Shown here: in pieces, positions 43,129-53,550 of the stretch | Layout: every line of letters starts with the position of its first letter | Position numbering within the stretch: the first letter of the stretch is position 1 | Origin: Diplonema japonicum | Lineage: Eukaryota > Protista > Euglenozoa: Diplonemea | Assembly (NCBI GenBank): GCA_964019335.1 | Contig: OZ025717.1 | Coordinates: 124,001 to 188,000 of the forward strand | Direction: 5' to 3' | Length of the DNA stretch: 64,000 nt | The notes under the pieces: generated by a model | What the model saw: the letters and a program-made list of their open reading frames with translations, nothing else | Told to the model about the DNA's origin: nothing | Database searches by the model: none | Program-made: the position numbers and the translations under genes

Positions 43129-43737
43129 CTTTACAGAGAGGTCTTTTGTGGTTTGTTGTTTTTTGAGCTGTGGTGGTGGGTGAAGCAGTTTGAACTGAAA
43201 ATCACAAGGAATGCCTCCAGAGATGGATAACAACAAAGCAAGGAAGAAAGGAAGGAACTTCATGAGTGGTGCTTATCTGTTTCAAACCCACCACTCACGA
43301 TTCTTTGGTTTGAAAAAAAGAAGGGGGAAGAGCGGGGGAAATGTCAATGGGCCATGCACCACTAGACGGAGAGAAGAAGTGGCTACTCTTCTCAATTATT
43401 CCTTTCGCTCATAAAAAACAGCTGCGATTTAAGCAGCCATACGGTGGTTTAAAAAATGAGAGAGGGAAAAGCAAAAAAATATCTCAAAGGAGAAACGAAG
43501 AAATTCTGTTCTGGGATATTGGAGCCAGAGAAAACAGAAAAAAGTTTTGTTTGTGGAAAAATATAAAGGCGGCAGTGGGTGAATCGATCCAAGATCAGTC
43601 AAAAAAAGTTACATTCTGTCCGATGACTCTTTTCACCCAGCTCCCGAATGGAGTTTTCTCCTACCATGGTGAAATGGAGGTGTTGATGTTCTTTTGCTTA
43701 GATTTATTTTAATTTTTTTCTCTCTCTCTCATCTCCC

Positions 43738-44883
43738 TTAAACGAAGAGTTCCCTGTTGCCCTTCTGAGAGAGAACAACGCCGGGGATGGTGTCGATGAA
43801 CTTCTTCGCGTTGACGACAGTGTTGTACGCCAGGGTGACAGGGGTCGTGGTGTGGCGGTGGTAGATGTGCATCCCTGTGAGGCCCACGTTGTAGAAGGTG
43901 TTGCCCTCGTAGTGCTGCCCGACACCACCTTCACTGGCGGCCGTCGGCACAGGCCTGGAGTCACAGAACATACCGTTGCCCCCTGCCCCGATCACTGTGT
44001 TCGACAGGACCTTGTGCCCAGACCCGAAGATGATGAGGCCGTTCCCCGACCCCTGCACCACCCTGTTGTGTGCCACGACGACCGCCTCCCCGTTCACCTG
44101 GATCCCGTTGTTCTGCCACGAATGTGCGAAGGGGCGCTGCCCGTACTTCTCGATGAGGTTGTTCTCCACACGGCACCCCGGAAGGCACTTGCTTACCTGG
44201 ATCCCGTCCGCCCCGAGGTCCTTCAGCACGTTGTTCTCCACCACGAGCCCCCGCATGTCGTGCGGGTACACCACTGTCGGAACCCCGTTGCACTCCAGCG
44301 TCCTCTCGTATGCCGTGTAGCCGATGTACATGCCCTCCCCGTCCCCCGTCGCGTGGATGTAGTTGTCGTGCACCTTCACGTTCGCCATCTCGAAGTTCTC
44401 CTTCCACGTCGCGGGGTCGCACGTGGGGTCCGTCTTCAGCATGAGCCCTGCAAAGGTCGCCCCCTTCACCTCCACGTGGTCGATCTCGATGTCCGACGTC
44501 ATCGTGCCCGCCCCGAGCGTGCCCCCCAGCTGGAACCCGTACTCCACAGCCGCGTCCCCCGTCCCCGTGATGCGCAGGTACCGCGACCTCTCCACGCTGA
44601 TGCTGTAGTGGTACTGCGTCGTCACCACCGCCCCCTTGCAGTTCCGCACCACGATGGGCGCCCCTTCCTCCCCCACCACGTTCCGGATGTTGATGGGGCC
44701 CCTCGACCCGCCCTCGAAGCACACCACGTCGCCCCCCTTCGCCTTCGCCACCGCCCCGTCGAAGCGGTAGTGATTCGAAGGCATCACGTGCGTGCACCCG
44801 CACGCCGCAGCCTCCTCGCTGCTCAGCGCAGCCACACCGCACCCTCCAAGCAGCAGCACAGCACAGAGAAGGACAGGCTTCAT
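43738..44883 (-). CDS. Secreted right-handed parallel beta-helix protein (pectin-lyase-like fold)
   Basis: Signal peptide; repeats DIEIDHVEV, NVKVHDNYIH, GEGMYIG, LVVENNVLKDLGADGIQV. Confidence 0.85.
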   Translation of the reverse strand: MKPVLLCAVLLLGGCGVAALSSEEAAACGCTHVMPSNHYRFDGAVAKAKGGDVVCFEGGSRGPINIRNVVGEEGAPIVVRNCKGAVVTTQYHYSISVERSRYLRITGTGDAAVEYGFQLGGTLGAGTMTSDIEIDHVEVKGATFAGLMLKTDPTCDPATWKENFEMANVKVHDNYIHATGDGEGMYIGYTAYERTLECNGVPTVVYPHDMRGLVVENNVLKDLGADGIQVSKCLPGCRVENNLIEKYGQRPFAHSWQNNGIQVNGEAVVVAHNRVVQGSGNGLIIFGSGHKVLSNTVIGAGGNGMFCDSRPVPTAASEGGVGQHYEGNTFYNVGLTGMHIYHRHTTTPVTLAYNTVVNAKKFIDTIPGVVLSQKGNRELFV

Positions 44884-45640
44884 TTTTGTTCTCTTTGTTC
44901 TTTAACCTGAAGTGGCTTTTAAGTTAGCTTTTAGTCTTTCCAAGGGAGAAGGAAAAAAAAAAAGAGAGAGAAAAAAAAAGCCAAAAGGGATCATGACACG
45001 CTGTTGAACCAAACAAAAAGTTGTTCGGAATAAAAACATTTTTTTTTTAGCGGATTTGCTGCACTGCGGCAGGGCAGCATGGGGGAATATTAAAAAAAAG
45101 GAGGTGGGGGAAAAGGGGTGTCCAGGGGCCGAAGAATGAGTGGAGCGTGCACCAAGTGGCAGCACCCTTCACATGGAGGCATGAACGTAGTTGTCTTGAC
45201 ATCAAGAGGGAGGAGGGACAGCCACGCTGAATAGAAGATTCACTTAAAAAAGGTTCGCAAGAAAAGAGAACCATGCTGCTGCTGTTGTTGTTGCTGAAAA
45301 GGATGGAAATAATTTAACAAAAAAAATACAGTGGGAGGGGGAAAAAACTAGTTTGGCGCTCCATTTGTTTGTGCGCACGAGCGGAATTTTACCTAATAAA
45401 ATAGCTCATTACGCTGCCATCAACTAGTTTTTAGTCTCGACAATAATATTGTTAAAACAAAATAAAGGCATGGGTACGGTTAATTTTTTCGCCCTCGTGT
45501 TTTTTTCTGTTTTTTTTTTTTTCCTCACCACTTTCTTTTACAGACAACCACAGAAAGGGGGTGGGGTAGTAGTAAAAAAATTGAAAGAAGTCACCACAGA
45601 ATGGTGTCTTATTATTCGAAACATGTATCATATATTTTTT

Positions 45641-47344
45641 TTAAAGGTTTGCTCTTCGGTTCTTGTTGTTGCGGGCGGCGTTCTTGCAGGCGTTCTTCAC
45701 GACATTCAACATGAGGTCGAACTTGGGTGTCCCGAGACCTGTGGCAGCATCCCAGCCCTTGATGGCCTCCCAACCGGCGGCCCTGTTCTCCCCGATGGCG
45801 TTGGTCCCCTTCACGATGTCGGTGAACATGTGGGGGTTCTGGTAGAAGAGGGGGTTGGCGAAGCCGATGGTCTTCCCGCTGACCTCGAGGCAGGCCTCGT
45901 TCAAGAGGGTCACGATCCCCGAGAAGGACGGGGAGCTGGCGGAGGTCCCACCGACGGCCATGGTGGACCCGCCCTTCACCACCGTGAAGGACTCCCCGAG
46001 GGTCGCGACGTCTGGGGTGCCCCTCGCCCCCTTCGCGTACTGTGCGTTCGGCTTCTTCACGTTCTCCAAATAGCTCTGCACCTGCTGCGCCTGGAAGCTC
46101 GGAACGGAGAAGTCGTACGAGAAGCCACCGCCGGACCCGAACTGTGTCGTTGCCTCCTCTTCACCGCTCGTCCCCTCCACGAAGAAGGTCGACCCCACCG
46201 CCACGCAGGTAGGGATGGACGACGGGAAGGCAGGCGACAGCTTCCCGTTGTTGCTCCCGGCCCTCGTCTCCCCACCGCTCCCGTCGTCCCCAGACGAGAT
46301 CATCACCGTGATCCCCATCGTCCCCATCTTCTGGATGTCATCTGCGAGACGCTTCGTGATGGCCGACGAGCACGTCCCGATCTTCTGGCTCCCGTAGCTC
46401 ACGCTGATGGTGTAAGGGTGCGTCGCCTCCCCCGTCACGTCCGACCCGAAGGTTCCGAGGTCCGCGCAGAAGTCGAAGTTCGGGTACGAGTACACCCAGG
46501 TCTCCGCAGCGTTCCCGATCGACATGATGTACTCCACGTCCAGCATCGACTCCACCCCAGGCTTGTCGTCCTTGTTCTTCCCCATGTACTTGCTGATCTT
46601 GCAGGTCTTCCCCGCGTCGTACTTCGTGCAGAAGTCTGCGAGGTTCGCGTCGTCCACGTACTGGCCTTGGAACTGCGCGATCGCCTGGATGTTCTGCTTC
46701 CCTGTCTTCGGGACCGCTGTCACGTTGTAGGTCTTCCTGAAGACTGCCGGGTTCACCTTCCCGGCGAGCTGCACCTCCTCCCTTTCCTTTTCCTTCACCA
46801 GCACCTCCTTGTCGACCACCACAGGGCTCAACGGGAAGCCGTGGAAGCCGGCGAACGTGTCGATCGCCAAAGCCACCTCCGCAGGTACCTGCACCCCGCT
46901 CGTCAGACGCCAGATCTTCGCACCGCTGGGGTGCTCGTAGGTCAGGAACGACCCGTGTGCCATCTTCTCGATCTGCGCTACCGTTGCCTCCCCGTGGATG
47001 TAGTCCCCGTGCGGGTGCTCCTTCGTCACCTCCACCCCGCTCGCGCTCAGCCACTCCTTCACAACCCTCGTGTGCTCCGCCCTCGGCCTCACCATCTCCC
47101 CGACCTCCTCGTAGCTGGGGTACTGCAAGTAGTTCACGCTGCGCGGGTCAGACACCTCTTCGAAGATCCTGTCCAGGGCTGCCTTGTTCGCCCTCTTCAC
47201 CCCCACCGACACGCGGAACCTACCTTCAGGGTTCACCTTCTCGGAGGTAGCCCTCCACCCCGCGGGGATCATCGACGGCTCGTGCACCTCCACAAGCGAC
47301 CCTGCGGACACCGCCACCAGGGCCATGAACATGGCTGATCTCAT
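45641..47344 (-). CDS. Tripeptidyl-peptidase I / sedolisin (peptidase S53)
   Basis: Prodomain VSDPRSVNYLQY, ESMLDVEY, SSGDDG, GGTSASSP, GWDAATGLGTP. Confidence 0.95.
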   Translation of the reverse strand: MRSAMFMALVAVSAGSLVEVHEPSMIPAGWRATSEKVNPEGRFRVSVGVKRANKAALDRIFEEVSDPRSVNYLQYPSYEEVGEMVRPRAEHTRVVKEWLSASGVEVTKEHPHGDYIHGEATVAQIEKMAHGSFLTYEHPSGAKIWRLTSGVQVPAEVALAIDTFAGFHGFPLSPVVVDKEVLVKEKEREEVQLAGKVNPAVFRKTYNVTAVPKTGKQNIQAIAQFQGQYVDDANLADFCTKYDAGKTCKISKYMGKNKDDKPGVESMLDVEYIMSIGNAAETWVYSYPNFDFCADLGTFGSDVTGEATHPYTISVSYGSQKIGTCSSAITKRLADDIQKMGTMGITVMISSGDDGSGGETRAGSNNGKLSPAFPSSIPTCVAVGSTFFVEGTSGEEEATTQFGSGGGFSYDFSVPSFQAQQVQSYLENVKKPNAQYAKGARGTPDVATLGESFTVVKGGSTMAVGGTSASSPSFSGIVTLLNEACLEVSGKTIGFANPLFYQNPHMFTDIVKGTNAIGENRAAGWEAIKGWDAATGLGTPKFDLMLNVVKNACKNAARNNKNRRANL

Positions 47345-47750
47345 GTTTTTTCTTTTTTCTTTTCCTTTTGGGGGACGGAATGTGGCGCTTTCTGAAAGGC
47401 AATCCAATGAGAATAAAAAAAAAAGAAGTGCTTTCGCAGGTAGAATATAAAAAGAAGAAAAAGAGGAAAGCGACAATACTGTACTCCTTATGAAACTATG
47501 GTACACGGAGCATAACGTTAGCATATAGAGGACACCCCCACTCCCCAAATAGAGTCACAGACCGCTACGGGTTCTGGAAGGTGTCATTCGCAGAAGGAAA
47601 AAAATAGAGAGAGGTAGAAATGCCTTTCCGCTTATTATAAGGTAGAAAAAGGCGCAAGGCACTATCGCGCGGTTGGATATCCTATAACGTGACACAGCCG
47701 GGAGGATGATTCCTCCGGAAGTCAGAGTAGTGTCACGTGTGGATGAGTGC

Positions 47751-48338
47751 TCAGTTCCTGCGGATCTCGAGGACCTGCCTGAAGAGAACGCCGCCGGCTG
47801 CCTGGGGTTCCGGGTTTGTGAGGAGCTCTCCCCAGGCCCCCTTGAAGTCGCCTGTCCCGCCGACGATGGAGATGGCAGAGACACCGTTGTCGGATTCCCT
47901 CCCGGAGACCTGGAGGGTACCGACGTAGCCGGAGCCGGCTCCCTCGTAGAAGGTGAGGGTCCAGGTGCACTGGCCCCAGTTGTTCTCCGGGTCGTCGGGG
48001 AGGGTGGGGTGGTCAGGGTTGCTGAAGTCAGGCTTCCCGGGGTCCGTCCTGATGCAGTACCCAGCGTTCCTCCCGATCACAGTCGTCGAGTCGTCCGCAA
48101 GGAGCTTCTGGTCGAACACGAACACGTCCCCAGGGGAGTCCAGCCCGTCCTCCACGTCAGCGCTCTGCCTGATCCCCCCGTCGGGGCGCCCGTCAGCAAA
48201 CGTCGTGAACTGGATCTTCCCGTGGTGGTGGCCCCAGCCTCCTCCGCCCCACCCGAGGGTACGCCCGCTGTGGCGGTTCGCAGCCCCTGCGGTAGTAACT
48301 CCGAGAAGGGCGAACATCATTGCGGCTCTGCTAATCAT
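47751..48338 (-). CDS. Secreted allene-oxide-cyclase / dirigent barrel-like protein
   Basis: Signal peptide; PGDVFVFDQKL, IGRNAGYCIRT, ISIVGGTGDFKGAWG. Confidence 0.82.
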   Translation of the reverse strand: MISRAAMMFALLGVTTAGAANRHSGRTLGWGGGGWGHHHGKIQFTTFADGRPDGGIRQSADVEDGLDSPGDVFVFDQKLLADDSTTVIGRNAGYCIRTDPGKPDFSNPDHPTLPDDPENNWGQCTWTLTFYEGAGSGYVGTLQVSGRESDNGVSAISIVGGTGDFKGAWGELLTNPEPQAAGGVLFRQVLEIRRN

Positions 48339-48469
48339 GTTGGGAGGGTTTGTGTGTGTGGAAAGAAAAACTGTTATGAGGCTAGCAATTGTAAAAGACG
48401 CAAAATCAAAGACTATCGTGTGGCGGGGAAAAGAAGTCGCTTTTCGTTCTCCTCTTTACACCTGACAAC

Positions 48470-49171
48470 CTATAGTATGAAAGAAGGAAGGGCCGTATTA
48501 GGGCGCGAGGTCTTGGGACAAGGCAGCTCTGGATGGAGAACGAAAAGGTTGTGTCGATACCGGACAGGAGGGGGCGTGGGCTGGGGTGGTGGGGAGAGAG
48601 AGCGCTTGCGCGACTCACAAGGTGGGGGAGAAGGAAGCGGTGCAGGAACGGGGACAGAGGGCGGGTCCGGGTCTGCCTTGCCATCGTCGTCGTAGCTGGC
48701 AAGCTTGGCGGCGAAGTTAATAGAACGGTGTTTGAGGGAGTTGGACCACTTCTTGACGGCTTCTGCATGGCAAGTGGTAGGAGAACACTTGTGGGGCATT
48801 GAGTTGAGCACTGTATTCTTCCACGTGTGCCTTGTGAGGACCACCTCGTCTTCACCTTCTTCTCTTCTAGTGAGCCTGAACCTTATAGCATCCCCTATTA
48901 TGAGTAAATCATCACATAGTAACTCCATCTGCTCCCCACGAGAGATGGGTGTCACCTGCTGGTTCCTCGCAATCTGAAATCCTTCGGCACCACCCACCAC
49001 CACCACCCTGCCCCCATTGCACACAAACGCACAGTGCTCACCCTCCACCCCGTCTCCAGTCACCATCAGATCTGCGTCTTCACTGCTCCCTATCACGAGC
49101 CTTCCCTGTCCTTCTTCCAGCTCCACCGACGAAATAGTCTCGGCATTCCGCTGCCATACTCTTAATCTCAT
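48470..49171 (-). CDS. FHA-domain protein (3' end uncertain)
   Basis: LVIGSSEDADL...GVEGEHCAF...LLCDDLLIIG. A possible 3' intron starting GTATCG at 48560 could change the C-terminus. Confidence 0.75.
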   Translation of the reverse strand: MRLRVWQRNAETISSVELEEGQGRLVIGSSEDADLMVTGDGVEGEHCAFVCNGGRVVVVGGAEGFQIARNQQVTPISRGEQMELLCDDLLIIGDAIRFRLTRREEGEDEVVLTRHTWKNTVLNSMPHKCSPTTCHAEAVKKWSNSLKHRSINFAAKLASYDDDGKADPDPPSVPVPAPLPSPPPCESRKRSLSPPPQPTPPPVRYRHNLFVLHPELPCPKTSRPNTALPSFIL

Positions 49172-49404
49172 TTTTTTTTGTTTCTCTTTCAGCGGTGTTT
49201 TCAGCAACGGTGCATTTCCTCTTCTTTTTTGTTTTTGTTTTCTTTTGGTTCTTGTTTTTTTCTTTTCTTTTTTTTCTTTTTTTTTTTTTTTTTTCGTTGC
49301 TGTCTTTTGCGAAGGGTTAAGAAGAAAGAATAGAAAAAAAACAATACTTTTTTTAAGAAGGAAAATCTCTAGGGTGTAAATGGATTAAACTTAATTAGGG
49401 GCCG

Positions 49405-50820
49405 TTAGTACCCCGGAATAGAAAAGCACTTCGGCGGAAGGATCTTTCTTGGGTTTTGGAGGATGGTGGAGGTGGCAGGACCGAGGATGGTAAGAAACGG
49501 GCTTTTTGGGAAGCGCATGCTGCAATGCTTCCATTTAACAGGTTTGACAAGTCTACCATTGACAACGGGGTTGCAGTCGGGCCCAGAGCGGATATCAGAA
49601 AGGTTGAAGTTGAGCCACGACAGGTGGTGGGCTCCCGCGCCATGTGAGATTTTACCGTATGTCCCATGCCCGGAATTCAAGGTTATACACGATGGTGGGG
49701 TTTGCACAGCGGAGCTCGCCCCACCTGAGACGGGGAGCACTTCTACCCAGATTTTATAGGGCTTGGTGATTGCCATCCAGGCCATGGAGCTACCATGCAT
49801 TTGAAGAACGACATCGGCGGAACTAAGAGCAGCGTACTGCGCGGCCATGGGGAGCTTTTCTAAGATTGTGACAGAAACACTCCAGCCTTCCGTCTCTGCC
49901 CACGTCTGCATCTCTGCAATGTTTGTTAACCGTCTGGTTGTTCCCCTCTGCACCAGCAACAGTTTCTTCGAGGCCACGGGCGTCTTGATGCCGTACTGCC
50001 GTATCAGCGCGTCGACCGCAAACTGCGAGTTCAACTTTCTTTCGAACAATTTCCTCCCACGGCTTTCACTATACATCGGAAGCCCACCTGCAAAGCCTTC
50101 TTGATGGCAGACTACATCCCCCGCAGCCCGACCGAAATCATCAGCAAAGAAAAGCTCATCCCCCAATATATTTAAAAGCGTTCGGAAGTAATGCGATGGT
50201 GTCTTACTGAAGGACTCCCCACCGTCATATGACTGCAGGTACACAGACATCGTCGAGTTGCCATGTGTTTCTTTGAGTGCCGCATATGTCAATACAGCGC
50301 TTAGGTACGCCCATAAAAGATGGTACACAGTCGTGATGCGTGAGTCCGCGACGACTAGGAGTACACCCGGGTTTTTTCTTTCGAGTATTTTATGGTTGCC
50401 TTGCTTTGCCGGGGTGTGGATCTTCGGCCATGCCACTCTTTTGATTTCGTATCGAAGCTTCAGCCTCGGCAACGGTTCTTTGTTCCACACCCACCCGACA
50501 CCTTGCTCGAAGCAGAGCCGTGTTGCCTTCCGCACGTCCTTTCCATCTTCGATCCCTATGTTGGTGAAGTACTTATCATGTCTGCTGGCGTCCACCCACC
50601 CCTCTTCCGGCTGCTTTGACTGTCGAGGCCCCGGGTCGCTCCACCGCACTCCTCTTATCCAGTCTTGGCTGACCGTTGCTGTCGGTTCAACTGTTTCTTC
50701 TATCTCGTTGCGCTGGACAGCGGGAAGCACGTCCTGTCCTATGGTGGTCTGGAGGGTTTTGAAAACAACACAGCCGATGAGACAGGTGACCGAAACACGG
50801 AAGAGCCATACGAGCAGCAT
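49405..50820 (-). CDS. GT61-family glycosyltransferase (type II membrane)
   Basis: N-terminal anchor; LLLVQRGTTRRLTN, AQYAALSSADVVLQMHGSSMAW, WVEVLP. Confidence 0.85.
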   Translation of the reverse strand: MLLVWLFRVSVTCLIGCVVFKTLQTTIGQDVLPAVQRNEIEETVEPTATVSQDWIRGVRWSDPGPRQSKQPEEGWVDASRHDKYFTNIGIEDGKDVRKATRLCFEQGVGWVWNKEPLPRLKLRYEIKRVAWPKIHTPAKQGNHKILERKNPGVLLVVADSRITTVYHLLWAYLSAVLTYAALKETHGNSTMSVYLQSYDGGESFSKTPSHYFRTLLNILGDELFFADDFGRAAGDVVCHQEGFAGGLPMYSESRGRKLFERKLNSQFAVDALIRQYGIKTPVASKKLLLVQRGTTRRLTNIAEMQTWAETEGWSVSVTILEKLPMAAQYAALSSADVVLQMHGSSMAWMAITKPYKIWVEVLPVSGGASSAVQTPPSCITLNSGHGTYGKISHGAGAHHLSWLNFNLSDIRSGPDCNPVVNGRLVKPVKWKHCSMRFPKSPFLTILGPATSTILQNPRKILPPKCFSIPGY

Positions 50821-50895
50821 ATCATAGCCCTGAGGTGGAGGAAGAACAGGAGGGGGAAAAAAAAGGGGGGGGGGAATAACAAGGATCTTTTTTTT

Positions 50896-51834
50896 TTATC
50901 GTCGACCTTGTTTAAACCCTGGGATGTTCAGCCAATCCTGTTGTGCGCCTCTTGTGATCATCGGCGTCGCACCGCTGTGGCGGACCTTCGAGGTGAGGAT
51001 TGTCTCGATGAATGTGTTCTCCTTAGGGGTGCGGAGGTGGTGCCGCTTGGCTACCTCGTCAAGGAGTTCAGGGGCATCGTGGGCTGCAATGCGGTACGCC
51101 CCTAGCAAAGCCGGGAGCTGGTTGGGGGGAATGTCGTCCATGTGGAGTGCAAGATGGTAGGAACAAATGTGAAAAATCCCAGGATGGTGGAAGTCTGACT
51201 GTGCAAGGGTGCGTAGAATGGAAATTAAACTAGGGAAGTCCCTCACCCTGTCCACAGCGATCCTCTCGATAACTTCGTCAATCATTTCCTCAACAAATTC
51301 TTCGTAACCCAGTTCCGCCATGCGGTATATTTTAATCACAGAGGACAAGCCCTTCACGGGAAGTGATAGTATTTTTTTCTTCTCCTGATGAAGCGTTTCC
51401 AACACCTTTCTCTCCGGGTTCCCCCTTCCTTGGTACCTTCCGTAGTCGCAGTTTTCTGCGAGGAGCACCAACAATATTGAGAGTTCTTCCGGGTTTTTTT
51501 CAGTGAGGCCTTCCAGCACCGTGCTGCCCACCATGGGCGAGAGGCGTTCGTCTCCATATTTGTTGACCTTGTACAGTTCTTTTTTTTCAAACGCGTTTTT
51601 GTCGAACTCCATCAAACCTGCGTACTCCGGGCACACTAGCGTCCTGATTGTTAGAAATTGTGCCAAACCCATCGCTTTTTTACTGAACTCTGTCCGGCTG
51701 GAGCGTACTTTCTTTTCATCTTTTTCTTGTTGTTGTTGTTGTTGTTGTGGTGGTAATAAATCTGCTTTTTCCCTGATCCGGCTTTTCAATCTCGACGGCA
51801 GGCCTACCGCGACGGCTCTGCCCTTGCTTTGCAT
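50896..51834 (-). CDS. Hypothetical alpha-helical repeat protein (possibly organellar RNA-binding)
   Basis: Helix-turn-helix repeats (LSSVIKIYRMAELGY, LISILRTLAQSDF, LPALLGAYRIA). The start may instead be MGLAQF at 51672. Confidence 0.65.
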   Translation of the reverse strand: MQSKGRAVAVGLPSRLKSRIREKADLLPPQQQQQQQEKDEKKVRSSRTEFSKKAMGLAQFLTIRTLVCPEYAGLMEFDKNAFEKKELYKVNKYGDERLSPMVGSTVLEGLTEKNPEELSILLVLLAENCDYGRYQGRGNPERKVLETLHQEKKKILSLPVKGLSSVIKIYRMAELGYEEFVEEMIDEVIERIAVDRVRDFPSLISILRTLAQSDFHHPGIFHICSYHLALHMDDIPPNQLPALLGAYRIAAHDAPELLDEVAKRHHLRTPKENTFIETILTSKVRHSGATPMITRGAQQDWLNIPGFKQGRR

Positions 51835-52021
51835 TTTTTTTTTCCTTTACAAAAGAAAGTCATTCCTCTTTGAGGGGGTCGGGAAACAAAAAAAAAGGGG
51901 GGGTAATGAAAAAAGGAACCACTTAAGACCAATAAGAAAGAAAAGAGAAACCTGTGGACACAGTTGATTCAAAAAAGAAAATAGATTGTCCCCCCCCCCC
52001 CCCCCCCCCCTCCTCTTCGTA

Positions 52022-53457
52022 TCACTGCTCTTCCTCTTTCGCCATCTCCTTCTGGATGATATGTTGCGCGAGTTCCGCAGCGCGGCGGACGTCTGACGCA
52101 CTCTTCCCCTCCTTCTTCCGCTTTGCGAGCCGTTCTTCTAGGACGTCTTCGGGGTCCTTGGGTTTCGACGCCTGCATCTTCTGCAACGCGGCGGCGCTCT
52201 CCTGGTCGGAGACGAACACAGTGTTCTGTATTTATAATAAAAACACACGAGCAAACATACCGCCAAATCGTCTTGCAAGCGCTGCTTCTGCTTCTGCCAC
52301 TGCGGGTTGATGGTGCTTCTCCTATGTTGTTATATTTTTTTTTAAACCTTTCGTCGCCTTCACACACCTCATATGTTCTTCAGCTGCGTCTGCAGGGATG
52401 ACCCTCCCACTGGGGTCTACTACGTCGGCTTTCCGTTTCCGGTCGGCTTGCGGATCTGGTTTGGGTTTTTGAAAAAAAAAAAAAAAAAAACATTACCCCT
52501 CACATAGCCCGTTCTGACATGAGCGCTCATATCTTCATCTTCATCAAGGAAATGCTTCATCTGGTTAGCAGATTTCACGGTTGGCATTGGGCCTGATGGG
52601 GCAACAGGGGCAGAGGAAGCAAGAGAAGGAACCGGAGCGGGGCGGGCCTGCACCGGGAGGGGCGGGGGCCCCGCCGGGGGGGCGGGGGTGGGCGTGGTGG
52701 GCGCGTCAGTGAAATCAATCGTCTCCACAATCACAAAGTCCGACCAGTCGATGCTATGATACGCCACCCGCTCCACCTCAACCTCGGACTCCTTCACCTT
52801 CTTCTGCTCATCGTCCTCCCTACGCCACGAGACAACATCATTGCAATGCGTGAGTATAGACATTCTGTTGTCGCAGTCATCCTGCAGCCTCTCGATGTTG
52901 TCTTTTGGTGGGTTTAGCAAAGCGGTGTACGCTTTCAGGAAATTTTGAAACACGGGGAACCTGGGGCTGCTGCCTTTGAGGAAGTCGAAGGTCGGGTTGT
53001 TCCGTTCCTTTTGTGCGATTTGAGAGAGGAATGCTTTGCCGTGCTGAGCGACGTACTTCGCCATCTGCTTTATAATTTCAAGTTCTACGCTAGGCATCTT
53101 CCTCTCGACGGGTACGGTGTACAGTTTCTCGAAGGGGTTCGCCCTTGCCTTCACTTTGGTGTGGGATTTTTCGGGTTTCTCTGTGACGTCCTGCTCTTCT
53201 TCTTTCTTTTCCAGTTGCACGTCCTCTCCTGCGGACAACCGCATCTTGTATTCATCAACCTTGCTTAGATAATACCCATGGAATGGGTTCCCTTCGTCTA
53301 GAAATTTAAATTTGTCGTTGCCTTTCTCATTCTGCAACACCTTTTGCTCGAAAGCCTTCCCGCTTCTCGCCACGAAAAGCGCTGTTTTGTCTGCGATCTC
53401 CTTAATCAGAGCAGGGGGCAGGATGACCCCTGTGATTCCTTTTGGTATGCTCGTCAT
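52022..53457 (-). CDS. SF3A1: Splicing factor 3A subunit 1 (Prp21/SF3a120); 4 exons
   Basis: Two SURP domains (IADKTALFVARSG, IIKQMAKYVAQHG) and IDWSDFVIVETIDF. Introns 52456-52496, 52322-52367 and 52226-52260 restore GRVIPADAAEEHMRRSTINPQW. Confidence 0.92.
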
Positions 53458-53550
53458 AATATTTTTTTTTTGTTTTCCCCTCCCTCTCTCCTCCTTTCCA
53501 ATAATATTACTTTATAAACAAAAAAAAATGGGGGGAGGGGAAGAAAATTA

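Noticed and set aside
24188-48695. Long alternative-frame and antisense ORFs over GC-rich genes (e.g. 24188-25636, 35344-36891, 42106-43230, 43852-44910, 45449-47338)
   Set aside because: Expected shadows of extreme GC3 codon usage, which removes stops; they overlap clearly identifiable genes and have biased composition.
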